63,028 nt of DNA from a virus (IMGVR_UViG_3300035188_000849:1-63028); one strand, 5' to 3'; numbered from the stretch's first letter, positions 23,292 through 34,879 are shown. Made by a program: numbers and translations. Notes: generated by a model from the letters alone, not told the origin.

Positions 23292-24086
23292 ATGTCAAAT
23301 ACAGTTCAGTATCCAACCTCTAATACTTATCAATCCAGAGTAGCAGCTTGGGTATCTTTTACACCACAAAATTTTAGCACTAGATCAGACACAAAAAAAG
23401 CAGTAAAAAATGGTGGGGGTTCTGGATATATGCTTCCCCTTCAAAGATATTCTAGCCCAAATTCTGCTGGTTATGCAGAAGTTGAGCCATCTGGAATAGA
23501 ACAAATAGGAATGGGAATACGAGATCTAGTAACAGGGGGTGGTGTTGGTAGATTGTCTAATACAATTGACTCAGTTATTAGCGTGGTAAATCCACTTGGA
23601 TTTGGTGTTGGCGATGTAACAAATGTTCTATCTGGTATGAAAGGCTCGGCTCTACAGGAAGTTTCCAACAGTGATTTATTATTTCAGCAAACTGCTAAAA
23701 GGCCACACTCATTTGGTTTTAGTTTATATGCAAAAAATAAAGCAGATGCTCAAGCCATAGACACAATAGTAAATGGATTTCAAACTAGACTATACCCATT
23801 CATGGAAACCAGAACACTGAATCGGGTTTCTCCTCCTCCAATGTGGGGAATAAAAATAATACCAAATGGAGGAGCCTCTAATTCTTTGGTTTTAGAAAAT
23901 TCAATACAACCGTCTGTTTTGGTAAATTGCTCCATAACTCGTTTGGATGCAAATGCACCAGTATTAACTAGAGATAATTATTATATGGGCATTGATTTAA
24001 CTTTATCTTTCACAGAAATCGAACCAGCCTATAGGTCATATGACAATCCAGAAAAACTATTCATGCGTTCAGACTTTGTTTGGTAA
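23292..24086 (+). CDS. gp48: baseplate tail-tube cap gp48-like
   Basis: RPHSFGFSLYAKN..DA, PP.WGIK, LTLSFTEIE; divergent from gp4, before gp53. Confidence 0.65.
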   Translation: MSNTVQYPTSNTYQSRVAAWVSFTPQNFSTRSDTKKAVKNGGGSGYMLPLQRYSSPNSAGYAEVEPSGIEQIGMGIRDLVTGGGVGRLSNTIDSVISVVNPLGFGVGDVTNVLSGMKGSALQEVSNSDLLFQQTAKRPHSFGFSLYAKNKADAQAIDTIVNGFQTRLYPFMETRTLNRVSPPPMWGIKIIPNGGASNSLVLENSIQPSVLVNCSITRLDANAPVLTRDNYYMGIDLTLSFTEIEPAYRSYDNPEKLFMRSDFVW

Positions 24087-24091
24087 TACCA

Positions 24092-24988
24092 ATGAGATAT
24101 TTTTCCTTACTTCCCACAATTAAGTATAAATTTACAAATGGAGAGTACACCATTGTAGATTTATTTTCTAAAGTTGGTTTCAATGAAGAGTTTTTTAAAA
24201 ACACAACACTTTATTATGAAGAACAAAGAGATAATATTTTATCCCCAGAGAGACTATCTTTAGAAAAGTATGAAACTTTTGATTACTACTGGTTATTAAT
24301 GATGGCAAATAAAGTAGTGGATGTCAACACAGATTGGCCAACAATTCAAGAAGATTTTGGAACTTTATTGGAAACCGAATCCAAGAAAACAACATATTAC
24401 ATTTATGAAAATGCAAACATCATAGAAAACGACATTTTATATGTCGATGAAACTTCATACGGTGTGATTGAATCTTGGAATCCTTTCTATAAAGCAATTG
24501 TAATAAAAGAAAACTATAATTTACCAACAGATCTAACTGGAACAGAGTTTGAAATACGAAGATTAGATGGATCTGGTGGTTTTATAAGCATTGTCAATTA
24601 TTGCAATCCCTCCTCAAATGCATTTAGTTCTTTTGGTTCAATGCCTTATTTGCAATCAATTAATAGAATAAGAAGAGGAGAAGGATGCTGTCTAAATCCT
24701 TTTCTTAAGGTAGTTTCTAACGAGGTCACTGACGAACTATTACTCAATACTTGTGAACAGACTGCAAAAACTGCATTTGAGCAAAGTGTAATATACAAAA
24801 TAGTTAATAATATTCAAGTAAATGGTATTTCAGTAAGAACACAAGAACAAAGATTGACTTCAGAATATGTGGATAAAATCAAACTAAACATCATTAATCC
24901 ACAATTGATGGGAAGTTTGGAAGATAAGATAAAACTGCTATTCAATGATAAAAGTGAAACAGCAAATAATATTTTTAGGATTGGTTAA
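24092..24988 (+). CDS. gp53: baseplate wedge gp53-like
   Basis: MRYFSLLP, PERLS..Y....YYWLLMMAN.V.D...DWP. Confidence 0.8.
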   Translation: MRYFSLLPTIKYKFTNGEYTIVDLFSKVGFNEEFFKNTTLYYEEQRDNILSPERLSLEKYETFDYYWLLMMANKVVDVNTDWPTIQEDFGTLLETESKKTTYYIYENANIIENDILYVDETSYGVIESWNPFYKAIVIKENYNLPTDLTGTEFEIRRLDGSGGFISIVNYCNPSSNAFSSFGSMPYLQSINRIRRGEGCCLNPFLKVVSNEVTDELLLNTCEQTAKTAFEQSVIYKIVNNIQVNGISVRTQEQRLTSEYVDKIKLNIINPQLMGSLEDKIKLLFNDKSETANNIFRIG

Positions 24989-24990
24989 AA

Positions 24991-27900
24991 ATGCCTGATC
25001 AAACAAGTGAAATAACACAAGAATTTATTAATCTAAAAATTCACGAAATAAAGATTATTGGAAAAGATAATCAAGTTTATGAAATTTATCCAAAAAGTCC
25101 AAACTTTGGTTATCAGTCAATGACAATAACCGAAGGTATGTTCGAGGCTTCTTTGCATGGTACTCTTTCTTTAAGAGATATAAATTCTACACCTGAGCAA
25201 ATTAATTTTTCTGCATTTGATGATATCGTCATCAAGATGGAAAATCCAGAAATACCAAATTCATTTAAATCTCTTAGATTTAAGATTTATAATGTAAAGG
25301 CATATGGAGATCAAATTAAAGAAAATTTGATAAAAGAAGAATCAAACATTCCCAAAATAGAGTTAAAAGTTGATTTTGTTTCTTATGAACATTATCTACT
25401 TACATATAAAGAATTTTCAGAATTGGCTGGTTTAACTGGTGCGGATATTATCACAAAAATTTCCACAAGTAGTCTTGGTTCTTCCCAACAAGTTGGTTTA
25501 GTTAATAGCATTAATGACAGGTTTTTTAAAACAGGAAAGACCAATTCTGACACCACACAAAAACCAATGTACATCGAAGAGTCGAGAAATTGGGTTTGGT
25601 ATAAACAAAACCAATCAATGTATCCTTGGGGTAAACTTAATAGACCACTTAAAGCGGCTCAACTTTTGCAATTTTTGGCAGAATATGCTGTTTCCGATTC
25701 TAATCCTAATGCATGTAACTTTATGTTTTGGCAGGATATGGATCGATGGAATTTTAGAAGTATAGAGTCTTTATTAAGAGAACCAGTCGTTAGACAGTAT
25801 TTTGTTTCAAACATACCAACACAAGTAGGAAACATTTATAGCCTTAAAATTGTAAATGAATCTAATTTTTTAAGACTATTTGAATCAAATGCATTTGCTG
25901 CCAAATATTACTTGGTTGAACCAAAGTGGAATCAACCATATAGAGAATACCTTGATTATAATGAATCACATTCCATAACAGAAGTAGTTTACAATTATTT
26001 TAGAGATTATAATAAATGGTTAAAGGTAGAAAAATATCCACTGCTTCCTTCTGGAATAACAACCGAACCAACAGCAGCAAATGTAATAAACGACAATGTT
26101 TCTGGTTACTTCTCCAAGTCTTTTAACAATAGAGATAAAACTGTTGCATGGGATCATCATGGTTATACCTTTTCTAATAGAGAGGGAACAATTACATGGC
26201 AACCAATGTTTGATCAGGTAGATCTTGATGGAGAAGTTTGCAGAAAAATCCAAAAAGACATTAAGCAAAAATTAAAAGATAAAAGAATAGAATATGCCAA
26301 TAAGAAAAATCTAAAAGAAAAATGGAAAGTATATAAGTGTAGTATCTGTTGTGATTCTTCTTCATTAGAACCAGAAGGAACAGAAGTTTTTAGTTCGGAG
26401 TATGGTATTGTTGCCGCTGGTGCCTTTACTGACTTGGTAAACTACAATAAGTCTGAAGGTTTTAGTGGATCTAGGCAATTCCCAATTGGTTTGACATTTA
26501 GTTATGATTTGTCGCAGGAACCATTCAATAAGACCATTGGAAACTTGATGTATCTTCGTGAAGTTCCAGACATACAAACAAAATATTTGTATGATTTAGA
26601 ACTAAAGAGAATTGATATTGCTAGAGAACGATTAGAAAAACAAATTCAATACCTAGAATCTGCCAAACAAAATGCATTAGAAAAACCAGTATGTGAAGAG
26701 GATGAAAACACACAACCTTGGGAATATTGTGATAATGCAAATAGTGCATTAAATCCATTAGTAAGTTGCTTCTGCACTCAAGAGAAAAAAGATGAGTACA
26801 TAGAAATTTACTATAATGCCCCAATTAGAAATAGACAAGAACTATTGGCATCTGATTATTTTACAAAAATGAAAGATATTATTGAAGAAGAAAAAACAAA
26901 CTTCTCGACAATATATGAACAATATAAAGGAAGAACTGCCTTCTTTGTTTCAAGTGAATTAGGATTTACCGCAGATAATTCCGAGCAAAATCTTTTTAAT
27001 GTCAAATCAATAACTAGAATTCCAATTAGGGGCAGTAAATACGAGAAACTGGCAAAAAAGAGAGTTTTAGAGGAATTTGTAAAAAACTCTGGTGTTACTT
27101 TTACATTTAAGGGTTTTTCTCCGGGGACAACTTCATATTATCCATATGAAATTTTTTACAATAATGATTCATCAATTGATCCGTCTGTAAAACATCCCCA
27201 CTACGATTCTGGTTATAATTTTGATATAGGATTTGGTGCAAATCCACATTTTTCAGTTTTTGATGAAATCGGAGGACCAAACTCTGGATCTCCTCTGGGA
27301 AATGATCCATATCTTTCTTTATTGTATTATGTTTCTATTAGGGCAAAAATAGTTAGTAAGTTTGTTGAAAAAACTGCCATTTTAATTAATGAAAATAATG
27401 GGTGCGATTCATCGAATCTTAAAATTGGTGGTTATTCTTCTGAATCAACAGACTTTTTTAACTACACATACGTTGATTCAAATCCTGCAAAATTAAGTCA
27501 ACCTGAAATAGTTAAAAGAATTTTAAAAGAAAGAATAACAGGGGAATTATTATCCTATGATATAGAGTATACTAACAATGGAGCAATATTAAAAAGAATT
27601 TCTCCAGAAGTTTGTAACAGACCAAACGAAAAAACTATAGAAATAACAATAGAATATGATGAAGTATATTCTAATAATCTAGGAAATTCTTACTTAACAC
27701 AATTTGATTCATCAAATCCAACCGCAATATGTGTACATACTCCGTTTGGGTTAGAACGGTTGGACTTTGATCCAATTGAATATCTAAATTCTAGAAATTT
27801 GATCGATCTGCGTGAACCAGAAGAGGGAGAGGAACCAAAAAGACCGATTGAGAAAATTTTGGAAGAAATAGAAAGTTTTGTTCGTATTGAGTTCCAAACC

Positions 27901-29658
27901 CCAATTGGAGTAAATACTGTTTATGATTTTCCAAAAGGATTTTACGATACCCCCGGTTCAGAATATTATTTACCATATCATGTTTTCCTAAATGCCGGTC
28001 CTTTTGGTGCAAAGTCTGTAGATTACAACATCTCAGTATTGGGACAAGATCCTTATGGTTTTGATGTTGCAGTAAAAAGAATAAACAAAAAGAAACACGA
28101 ATTAAAGCCAGAAAATAAAGCATTAGTTAATAATAAAGATTATCATATTGTTGAAAATGGATACTACAAAAATACTTCTTTAAATTTGTTCACCAATTGG
28201 CAACAGCAACCAATAACTTATGGTTTTTCTCCTACAATTTCTTATAATTCTGTTCCAAACCCATATAACTATTATTCCAAAAAATCCGACACTTATTTAA
28301 ATTTTGGTTTAAACAAACTAGACTCGGATGAACACAGAATTAGACAAACTGATTTCACTTATGGTGATTATATTGGAACTAATTTGTCTGAAATCTTTTA
28401 CCACGATTTGCTAAGTAGTATTACTAGAAAAAATCCTTTATCTTTACCTAATTCTTACTTTGAATTTAGTAATTCGAGATTAGATGGAACTGCCATATCT
28501 GCAAATTCAAGATGGAGACAAACAGTTAGTCTACCAGATTTTGGAGAGGGTGACTATACAAAACAAAATGAAAGCTTTGGCAGAACTAATGGAAGTGATG
28601 AAATCTATGAGAATAAACAAATTCAAATAACAAATGATAAATTGTTGTCAGATATTTTATTGCCAGGAAACGTCTTTGGTTATTACCAACCGCAAGAAAA
28701 TTCTCCACTACCAATATCTACAGATTATTTTAAATCATTTGCATCATATAATCCATCAGAAAACGGAAAAACTGGTTGGCTTTCTTTCTTTGAATTAGAT
28801 CTAAGAAACAGAAACATAAGAGAAGACAAAGATACACCAGAGCAAGAAACAACTTTCTATGGTAATTATTACGGTGTTGCAATTTGGAGTCACCCTCAAA
28901 TACCACAAGAAATGTCTCATGTTTGGAAAAATGATATTTCTGGAGAAACTGAGTATGGACTAGTAGGTCCAGAATTAGAACCAGAGGACTCCACATTTGA
29001 CAGAAACTTTGCTGCTCAATTTATGGTGATATCTAGACAAACACCAGAAAACAATCCATGTAAAGACTATCCTTGTTCCAACCCAGAGCCGGTTGATAAT
29101 TCTACTTGCCCAGATAATGATCCTATCTGCAATTGTCCTTGTCAGGAACTCAGACCTGACAAAATGACAGTTGGTTTTACTGGGCCAGAACCAACATATG
29201 CCGAACTTAGACAATTAGAACAAGAGATAAAAGAATGTGATCTAATCGAGAATGTCTTAGGGGAAGACTGGTTAGGTTGTGTTTGGGGTAAACCCAACGA
29301 TCTATTGAATTGTGATTGTCCATGTATTGGCACAAAGTTCTTGGATTATTTGAAGTATTCTCAAACATATTGCACATTCTGGCAAACACCACCAGAAAGA
29401 CCTCTTCTTCGTAATGCACAAATGATGCAAATCAACGCTAATAAAATAGTGATATCCCTGAATGGTGATTTTACCCTAAGACCAGGAACAAAAATAAGTC
29501 TAAATTTAGGAACAAAGAGATATTCGGGAACTTGGCTGGTTCAAAGCATAGTCCATGATATTGCAAAGACAAAACATTACATGGATGTGGTATTGATTCG
29601 AGACACAGAATATCTAAATCCAAACACAAGATCAGAAAAATTGGTACTAAATAACTAA
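24991..29658 (+). CDS. giant baseplate hub-like protein (gp27/gpD-type termini with large insertion)
   Basis: N-terminal ITEGMFEASLHGTLSLRD, FMFWQD...NFRSIESL; C-terminal NGDFTLRPG...YSGTWLVQSIVH...LIRD. Confidence 0.6.
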   Translation: MPDQTSEITQEFINLKIHEIKIIGKDNQVYEIYPKSPNFGYQSMTITEGMFEASLHGTLSLRDINSTPEQINFSAFDDIVIKMENPEIPNSFKSLRFKIYNVKAYGDQIKENLIKEESNIPKIELKVDFVSYEHYLLTYKEFSELAGLTGADIITKISTSSLGSSQQVGLVNSINDRFFKTGKTNSDTTQKPMYIEESRNWVWYKQNQSMYPWGKLNRPLKAAQLLQFLAEYAVSDSNPNACNFMFWQDMDRWNFRSIESLLREPVVRQYFVSNIPTQVGNIYSLKIVNESNFLRLFESNAFAAKYYLVEPKWNQPYREYLDYNESHSITEVVYNYFRDYNKWLKVEKYPLLPSGITTEPTAANVINDNVSGYFSKSFNNRDKTVAWDHHGYTFSNREGTITWQPMFDQVDLDGEVCRKIQKDIKQKLKDKRIEYANKKNLKEKWKVYKCSICCDSSSLEPEGTEVFSSEYGIVAAGAFTDLVNYNKSEGFSGSRQFPIGLTFSYDLSQEPFNKTIGNLMYLREVPDIQTKYLYDLELKRIDIARERLEKQIQYLESAKQNALEKPVCEEDENTQPWEYCDNANSALNPLVSCFCTQEKKDEYIEIYYNAPIRNRQELLASDYFTKMKDIIEEEKTNFSTIYEQYKGRTAFFVSSELGFTADNSEQNLFNVKSITRIPIRGSKYEKLAKKRVLEEFVKNSGVTFTFKGFSPGTTSYYPYEIFYNNDSSIDPSVKHPHYDSGYNFDIGFGANPHFSVFDEIGGPNSGSPLGNDPYLSLLYYVSIRAKIVSKFVEKTAILINENNGCDSSNLKIGGYSSESTDFFNYTYVDSNPAKLSQPEIVKRILKERITGELLSYDIEYTNNGAILKRISPEVCNRPNEKTIEITIEYDEVYSNNLGNSYLTQFDSSNPTAICVHTPFGLERLDFDPIEYLNSRNLIDLREPEEGEEPKRPIEKILEEIESFVRIEFQTPIGVNTVYDFPKGFYDTPGSEYYLPYHVFLNAGPFGAKSVDYNISVLGQDPYGFDVAVKRINKKKHELKPENKALVNNKDYHIVENGYYKNTSLNLFTNWQQQPITYGFSPTISYNSVPNPYNYYSKKSDTYLNFGLNKLDSDEHRIRQTDFTYGDYIGTNLSEIFYHDLLSSITRKNPLSLPNSYFEFSNSRLDGTAISANSRWRQTVSLPDFGEGDYTKQNESFGRTNGSDEIYENKQIQITNDKLLSDILLPGNVFGYYQPQENSPLPISTDYFKSFASYNPSENGKTGWLSFFELDLRNRNIREDKDTPEQETTFYGNYYGVAIWSHPQIPQEMSHVWKNDISGETEYGLVGPELEPEDSTFDRNFAAQFMVISRQTPENNPCKDYPCSNPEPVDNSTCPDNDPICNCPCQELRPDKMTVGFTGPEPTYAELRQLEQEIKECDLIENVLGEDWLGCVWGKPNDLLNCDCPCIGTKFLDYLKYSQTYCTFWQTPPERPLLRNAQMMQINANKIVISLNGDFTLRPGTKISLNLGTKRYSGTWLVQSIVHDIAKTKHYMDVVLIRDTEYLNPNTRSEKLVLNN

Positions 29659-29659
29659 T

Positions 29660-30064
29660 ATGGCATCACCAAAATACAGAGACTTGAACATTTTCTTCAA
29701 CAAAAATCAAGAAACCGGGGATATATCATTTTCTACCGGAAACTCTTCCATTGTTCAATCTATAAAAAATATAGTATTGACTAAAAAGGGAGAAAGACCA
29801 TTTAATCAATATTTTGGAACAAGATTGACTGATATTTTGTTTGATTCACCAACATATGCGGAGTTGGCTTTACTTAGAAGCGAAATAAGAACTGCTCTTG
29901 ATTCATTAGAACCAAGAATAAAAGTAAATTCTGTTGACATACTATACCCAATAATGGAGTCAACTGAAAGTTCAGACATTAAAATAAATATTAAGTATGT
30001 CTTAAATCAGGGGTCAGTAAACACACAAGAGCAAACTTTAATACTAACGGTAAACGAACTATGA
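29660..30064 (+). CDS. gp25: baseplate wedge gp25
   Basis: QSIKNIVLTKKGERPF..FG, LEPRI. Confidence 0.92.
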   Translation: MASPKYRDLNIFFNKNQETGDISFSTGNSSIVQSIKNIVLTKKGERPFNQYFGTRLTDILFDSPTYAELALLRSEIRTALDSLEPRIKVNSVDILYPIMESTESSDIKINIKYVLNQGSVNTQEQTLILTVNEL

Positions 30065-31815
30065 CAACAATTAACTTATCAGAACTAGATTTTGGTAATA
30101 TCCGGGCATCTCTTGTCAATTATTTGAAAAAACAAGACACCGTAAAAGACTTAAACTTTGAAGGTTCGGCCGTAAATTTTCTATTAGATTTATTAGCATA
30201 TAACACATTATATTATGCGCACTTTGCGAATATGATATCAGGTGAGGCATTTTTAGATACTGCTCAACTAGAAAGATCTGTTGTATCTCTGGTAAAACCT
30301 TTAGGTTATGTTTTACCAACGAAAACTAGTTCTGTTGGAAGAATAAAATTAACTAATGTTACCACCAGCACAGTTTTAAAGCCATTTACTGTTAATGTTG
30401 TTGGTTCCACACCAGAAGGAATTCGTTATCAGTTCTGGAACGTTGATGAGTTGTTAGTTGGTCCCAATAACGAAACTGAATATTTTAGCATTTATGAGGG
30501 AACTTATGTTTCTTTGGGATTTGGGGGAGATGGTTTTGACTTCCCAGAACAAAGAATACTAATTCCAGACTTAAACATGGATATAAAAACTCTTAAAGTC
30601 TCTGTAAAAAGAGCACAAGATGAAGAATATTTGTATTGGAATTTAATTGATACTTATTCTGGTGGGTATGTTGATCAAACATCTAATTTATATTCATTGG
30701 AGAGAACAACATCTGGGTTTGTTGTTAAGTTTCAGGTAACAGCAAATGCAAATTATAATTTAGTCGCAGGTGATTTGGTTAAAGTTGAATACTTGTCATC
30801 AAATGGATCTAATTCAAATAATTCATCCAACTATACTGGTGGTTTAATTCCAAGTGGTTCGTCTATTGTGTTTTTACAACCATCATTTGGTGGATTAGAC
30901 TCCCCAAATTTAAGTTCAGCAAAAACTGTTGCTCCTCTAGTTTTTTCAGCACAGCAAAGATTAGTGACAAAATTAGATTATATTGGGTTTTTGGCTCAAT
31001 TAGGATATTCTAATGGCGTTAATGTTTGGGGTGGAGAAGAAAACACACCACCAATGTATGGAAGACTTTTATTTTCTATTAATGGAATACAAACAGCAGA
31101 TAATAGTCTAGTAAAACAATTATTAAGCAAGATAAAAGAAAGATCTATAGTTACTATATTACCAGAGTATATTCCTCCAGTTTCTTTGGTTGTTAACTTA
31201 ACTTTACAGACAACATATAATTCAGAAACTGTCACTATTATGCCGGAAGAGGCTATAGATCTTATTGTTAATGATATCAACAGTGAATATAAAATTGGTT
31301 CCTTTAATAATAACCTAACAGAAGATAAAATCAGAAACACAGTTCAAAAATATCCCGGCTACTTTTTAACTAGAATATCTGATGTTGAGTTAGAATATAC
31401 AGTAGTTCCTTCTACTAGAAGTGTAACATTAAATTACAAAAATCAAATTAATCGGGTAGAATCAACAACAGCAGGAAATGGTATTACATCAACTTTGTTT
31501 GAAAGTCCATATTTCCCAACATCTAAAGTACAAATATACGATGTCCCAATCTTATATCCGGCAAATTCAATAAATCCACCAGTTATTGGAAAATTAAAAT
31601 TATTTTCCAGAGATGAAAATACAAATAATGTTGATGATTTAAATGTGGTGGTTGGGGAAATTGATTATAAAACAGGAATAGTTTCACTTTATCCGGGCAT
31701 CTCAACCCAATCTTTCAAATTATATGCAAAACCAAAGGCAGCAACTACGGTTTTAGCAAAAGATGAAGTGTATTTAACACTGAATATAAATGCAGAACAA
31801 CCACAAGAAATTTGA
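30061..31815 (+). CDS. gp6: baseplate wedge gp6
   Basis: ELDF..IRASL, FEGSA..LLDLLAYNT, EAFLDTAQL, QQRLVT..DY, WGGEEN.PP.YG. Confidence 0.92.
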   Translation: MTTINLSELDFGNIRASLVNYLKKQDTVKDLNFEGSAVNFLLDLLAYNTLYYAHFANMISGEAFLDTAQLERSVVSLVKPLGYVLPTKTSSVGRIKLTNVTTSTVLKPFTVNVVGSTPEGIRYQFWNVDELLVGPNNETEYFSIYEGTYVSLGFGGDGFDFPEQRILIPDLNMDIKTLKVSVKRAQDEEYLYWNLIDTYSGGYVDQTSNLYSLERTTSGFVVKFQVTANANYNLVAGDLVKVEYLSSNGSNSNNSSNYTGGLIPSGSSIVFLQPSFGGLDSPNLSSAKTVAPLVFSAQQRLVTKLDYIGFLAQLGYSNGVNVWGGEENTPPMYGRLLFSINGIQTADNSLVKQLLSKIKERSIVTILPEYIPPVSLVVNLTLQTTYNSETVTIMPEEAIDLIVNDINSEYKIGSFNNNLTEDKIRNTVQKYPGYFLTRISDVELEYTVVPSTRSVTLNYKNQINRVESTTAGNGITSTLFESPYFPTSKVQIYDVPILYPANSINPPVIGKLKLFSRDENTNNVDDLNVVVGEIDYKTGIVSLYPGISTQSFKLYAKPKAATTVLAKDEVYLTLNINAEQPQEI

Positions 31816-33119
31816 TGTTAACAACATTAATTAAAACTTCTGCTCAAACACAACCTTTACCAACAGTATTGGAACAGGCTATAGCATTTAGAAGTTATGC
31901 TGTAGAGGTTTCTGGTGAAAATTTTTGTACTTCTCCTGTTGGAATAGAAGGACAGATACCATTTTGGTTAAAACAAAATTATGGTAATAATAGCAACGAT
32001 AGTTATTTAATAGATTTTATCAAAAGTTATTATAATTGGCTTTACTGTGGGTTTAAAAAAGATCAATCAAGTTTAACTCCATATGAAATAGAAGATTTAT
32101 TTGACATTGATAAAGTTCCAGATGCTTTTATTGAACAATATATTAAAACTTATGCTCCATTCATATCAATTTCAATAATACAGAAAAATTCTGATGATTT
32201 TAATGAAATTACATTACAAAATGTTAGATCTTTTATCAAATCAATCAAAAATGATTTTTTAATTTCTAAAGGCACAGAAGGAGCATATCGTTATTTGCTC
32301 AAGACTTTATTTGATATAAAAAATGTTAACATAGATTATCCTAAAAAATATTTAATGAGATTAAATGGTGGTAAATTTAGCAATATTAGTTGGGATTTAG
32401 TACCAAACTCTATAATAGATTTACCTGATAATTTCGATCCAAATAATCCAATACAAAACGACATATTGGCTGAAAATGTAGGATATAATACGGAAAATAG
32501 ACCTAATTTATTTGGCTCTGCATTAAACGAATCTATTCTTCCTGATGATAATTTTTGGCAAGAATACTCTTATATTTTAACATCTGATGCTTCAGTTGAT
32601 GAAGTAATAAATTACAAAAACACAGTTCTAGCTGGTACTCATCCTGTTGGTACTGTTAGTTTCTTTGAACAATATGTTTCTATCGGAGACACAACTATTC
32701 CATCTGATTCTCCCTTGGGGGGAATTATTGATGTAGATTATTCTGAACTACCAATTATTGAAAAATATTTATTGTTATATCCAAACATATCAACAGATGT
32801 CATTTCTGATCCTAATTATGTTACTACTTTTTATGAACAATATTATACTGTACCCCCAGAAATTTCTCCTTGCACTCATATTGCAACATATGTTTGTTAC
32901 TGTTGTGTATTTAACTGCAATCCATCTGGTATTACTGGTTTTTTTACTCAGCATCTATTTCCAAATTGGGACCCAGAAATAAAAACAGAAATAGAAAAAC
33001 CAAATGGAACATTGGGTGACATGACTATTGGAAGTTTTTTAGAACTTTCTGGAAATTTACCAAGTCCAAATATACCATACAAGGAGTGTATAAACGATTG
33101 CCCAACATGTTTCTTATAA
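31812..33119 (+). CDS. baseplate wedge gp7-like
   Basis: FIKSYYNWL, SKGTEGAYRYLLKTLF, FWQEYSYIL, HPVG; follows gp6. Confidence 0.7.
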   Translation: MMLTTLIKTSAQTQPLPTVLEQAIAFRSYAVEVSGENFCTSPVGIEGQIPFWLKQNYGNNSNDSYLIDFIKSYYNWLYCGFKKDQSSLTPYEIEDLFDIDKVPDAFIEQYIKTYAPFISISIIQKNSDDFNEITLQNVRSFIKSIKNDFLISKGTEGAYRYLLKTLFDIKNVNIDYPKKYLMRLNGGKFSNISWDLVPNSIIDLPDNFDPNNPIQNDILAENVGYNTENRPNLFGSALNESILPDDNFWQEYSYILTSDASVDEVINYKNTVLAGTHPVGTVSFFEQYVSIGDTTIPSDSPLGGIIDVDYSELPIIEKYLLLYPNISTDVISDPNYVTTFYEQYYTVPPEISPCTHIATYVCYCCVFNCNPSGITGFFTQHLFPNWDPEIKTEIEKPNGTLGDMTIGSFLELSGNLPSPNIPYKECINDCPTCFL

Positions 33120-33144
33120 GCATGACATGTTTCTAAAGCATCAA

Positions 33145-33152
33145 TATAAATA
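33145..33152 (+). promoter_or_regulatory. T4-type late promoter
   Basis: Exact TATAAATA before ATG 33161. Confidence 0.7.
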
Positions 33153-33160
33153 GGAAAAAT

Positions 33161-34879
33161 ATGAGTAATATTAATCAAATAAAATCGTATACATCAAACT
33201 CTATAAAAAAAGAAATTACTAACTTTTTTGTATTTTTGGGTGGTGTTTCTGGTGGAAGTGAAACAGTTGCAGATGAAACTGATATTTCTGTTTTATCTAG
33301 AATAACAAAAAATGATGTATCATTAGTAACAAATAGAGTTAATTGGGCACGAGGCGCAGAATACACTCCATTTTATATTGGTTCTTCTGGTGACAATACT
33401 TATGTGTATAATAAAACAACAGATATGGTTTACTTGTGTGTTGGTAAAAATCAACCAATCGGATTAATTGGAGAAACTACAATTTTATCAACAAACGAAC
33501 CAAACCATTATGTTGGTGTTAAAACTTACTCTGATGGATACTCTTGGATGTCTTTGTATCGTTTGGATTTTTTCTTGAGTAAGTTTTTAACTTTAACCGA
33601 ACTACCAATAAACAGCCTGTATGATTTTTCCTCAGAACCAACTTCCATTTCCTATACAACAAAATATGATTCAATTTGTGCCGGTGGTGATGCTGGAGCC
33701 ACCGGAGATTGTTATTTTTATTACAACGAAGACAGCAAAGATCCAATAACTTCTCAAATTTATAAAAAAGGAGACAGAGTTTCTGGAATAGGAGAAGAAA
33801 ACTGGATATGTGCAACTTGTCATAGTGTTGGTTCTTTGTTAAATTACAAATCGGTTCATATAATTGGTTCCTTACAGTCTGAAATTGAAAGAAATTCACT
33901 AGATCAATTAGAATTAAAAATTAATGAAAATCAACTAGATGTAAATGATAAATTTTATATCCAATATCTAAATTACGATTATTATAGACAAACAAATAAA
34001 GGTCTAATTTCTTTACAATTAGATGTTTCATCTTTATCGATAGAAGATAGAATTGTTAAAGAAGAAAAACCAGAAATAACTATTTTAGATCCAATTGGAT
34101 TTGAGGCATCTGCAAATATAGAAACCTATTATGACATTCGTAGAAATGCTTTTATTGCAAACGGAATAACTTTACGAAGTTCTGGTAGAGATTTTATTAA
34201 TCCATCATTTGTTATACCAAATGCCATTAGTTCAAAGTTACAAAATTCAATAAAAGCTGTAATATTACCAGACATTTCCGATCCCTCTGTATTTTTGCCA
34301 AATGTTAAAATTTCAGTGATAAAACAATTAACTTCGGTAGATTTACAAGAAATTGGGTCAAATCAAGAAGTATTTACTAAAACCGGAATAGTATCTAATG
34401 TAAGGGGACTAGATGATTCTAACCCAGTATTTGATTTGGATCAAAATGAACCACTTAGAGGAAGAACAACATCTAAAATAAAACTAGAGCCAACTTCTTC
34501 AGAATTACCAACTCTAGTCGAAGGTGAAGTTTTTATAGACTCTATTGGAGCATCAGAAACTATAACTATTAAAAATCAAAAATCAAAAGCAAATTCTTTA
34601 GATTATACTTCAAAATTAGTTTCTAAATTGGATGAATTCGTGGAATCAACTCCTGTATCATCTACCCTAGAAATTTCTGGAGTTGATGAATTGTTATTAG
34701 GTTTTAATGGAAAATTGAGAGTCAATATAGATAACACAGAATATGTAATTACTGAAGTTTCTTTACCAGAATATAAGATAGATAATATAGAATATGTTGC
34801 TACTAGGAATTTAGATAAAAACATAATATTAGAACAAACTGGTTCCCAATCCTCAATAAAATTATCATTTATCTTCTAA
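33161..34879 (+). CDS. baseplate wedge gp8-like
   Basis: RVNW..G..Y, VYLCV, EP.H, DGYSW..LY. Confidence 0.7.
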   Translation: MSNINQIKSYTSNSIKKEITNFFVFLGGVSGGSETVADETDISVLSRITKNDVSLVTNRVNWARGAEYTPFYIGSSGDNTYVYNKTTDMVYLCVGKNQPIGLIGETTILSTNEPNHYVGVKTYSDGYSWMSLYRLDFFLSKFLTLTELPINSLYDFSSEPTSISYTTKYDSICAGGDAGATGDCYFYYNEDSKDPITSQIYKKGDRVSGIGEENWICATCHSVGSLLNYKSVHIIGSLQSEIERNSLDQLELKINENQLDVNDKFYIQYLNYDYYRQTNKGLISLQLDVSSLSIEDRIVKEEKPEITILDPIGFEASANIETYYDIRRNAFIANGITLRSSGRDFINPSFVIPNAISSKLQNSIKAVILPDISDPSVFLPNVKISVIKQLTSVDLQEIGSNQEVFTKTGIVSNVRGLDDSNPVFDLDQNEPLRGRTTSKIKLEPTSSELPTLVEGEVFIDSIGASETITIKNQKSKANSLDYTSKLVSKLDEFVESTPVSSTLEISGVDELLLGFNGKLRVNIDNTEYVITEVSLPEYKIDNIEYVATRNLDKNIILEQTGSQSSIKLSFIF

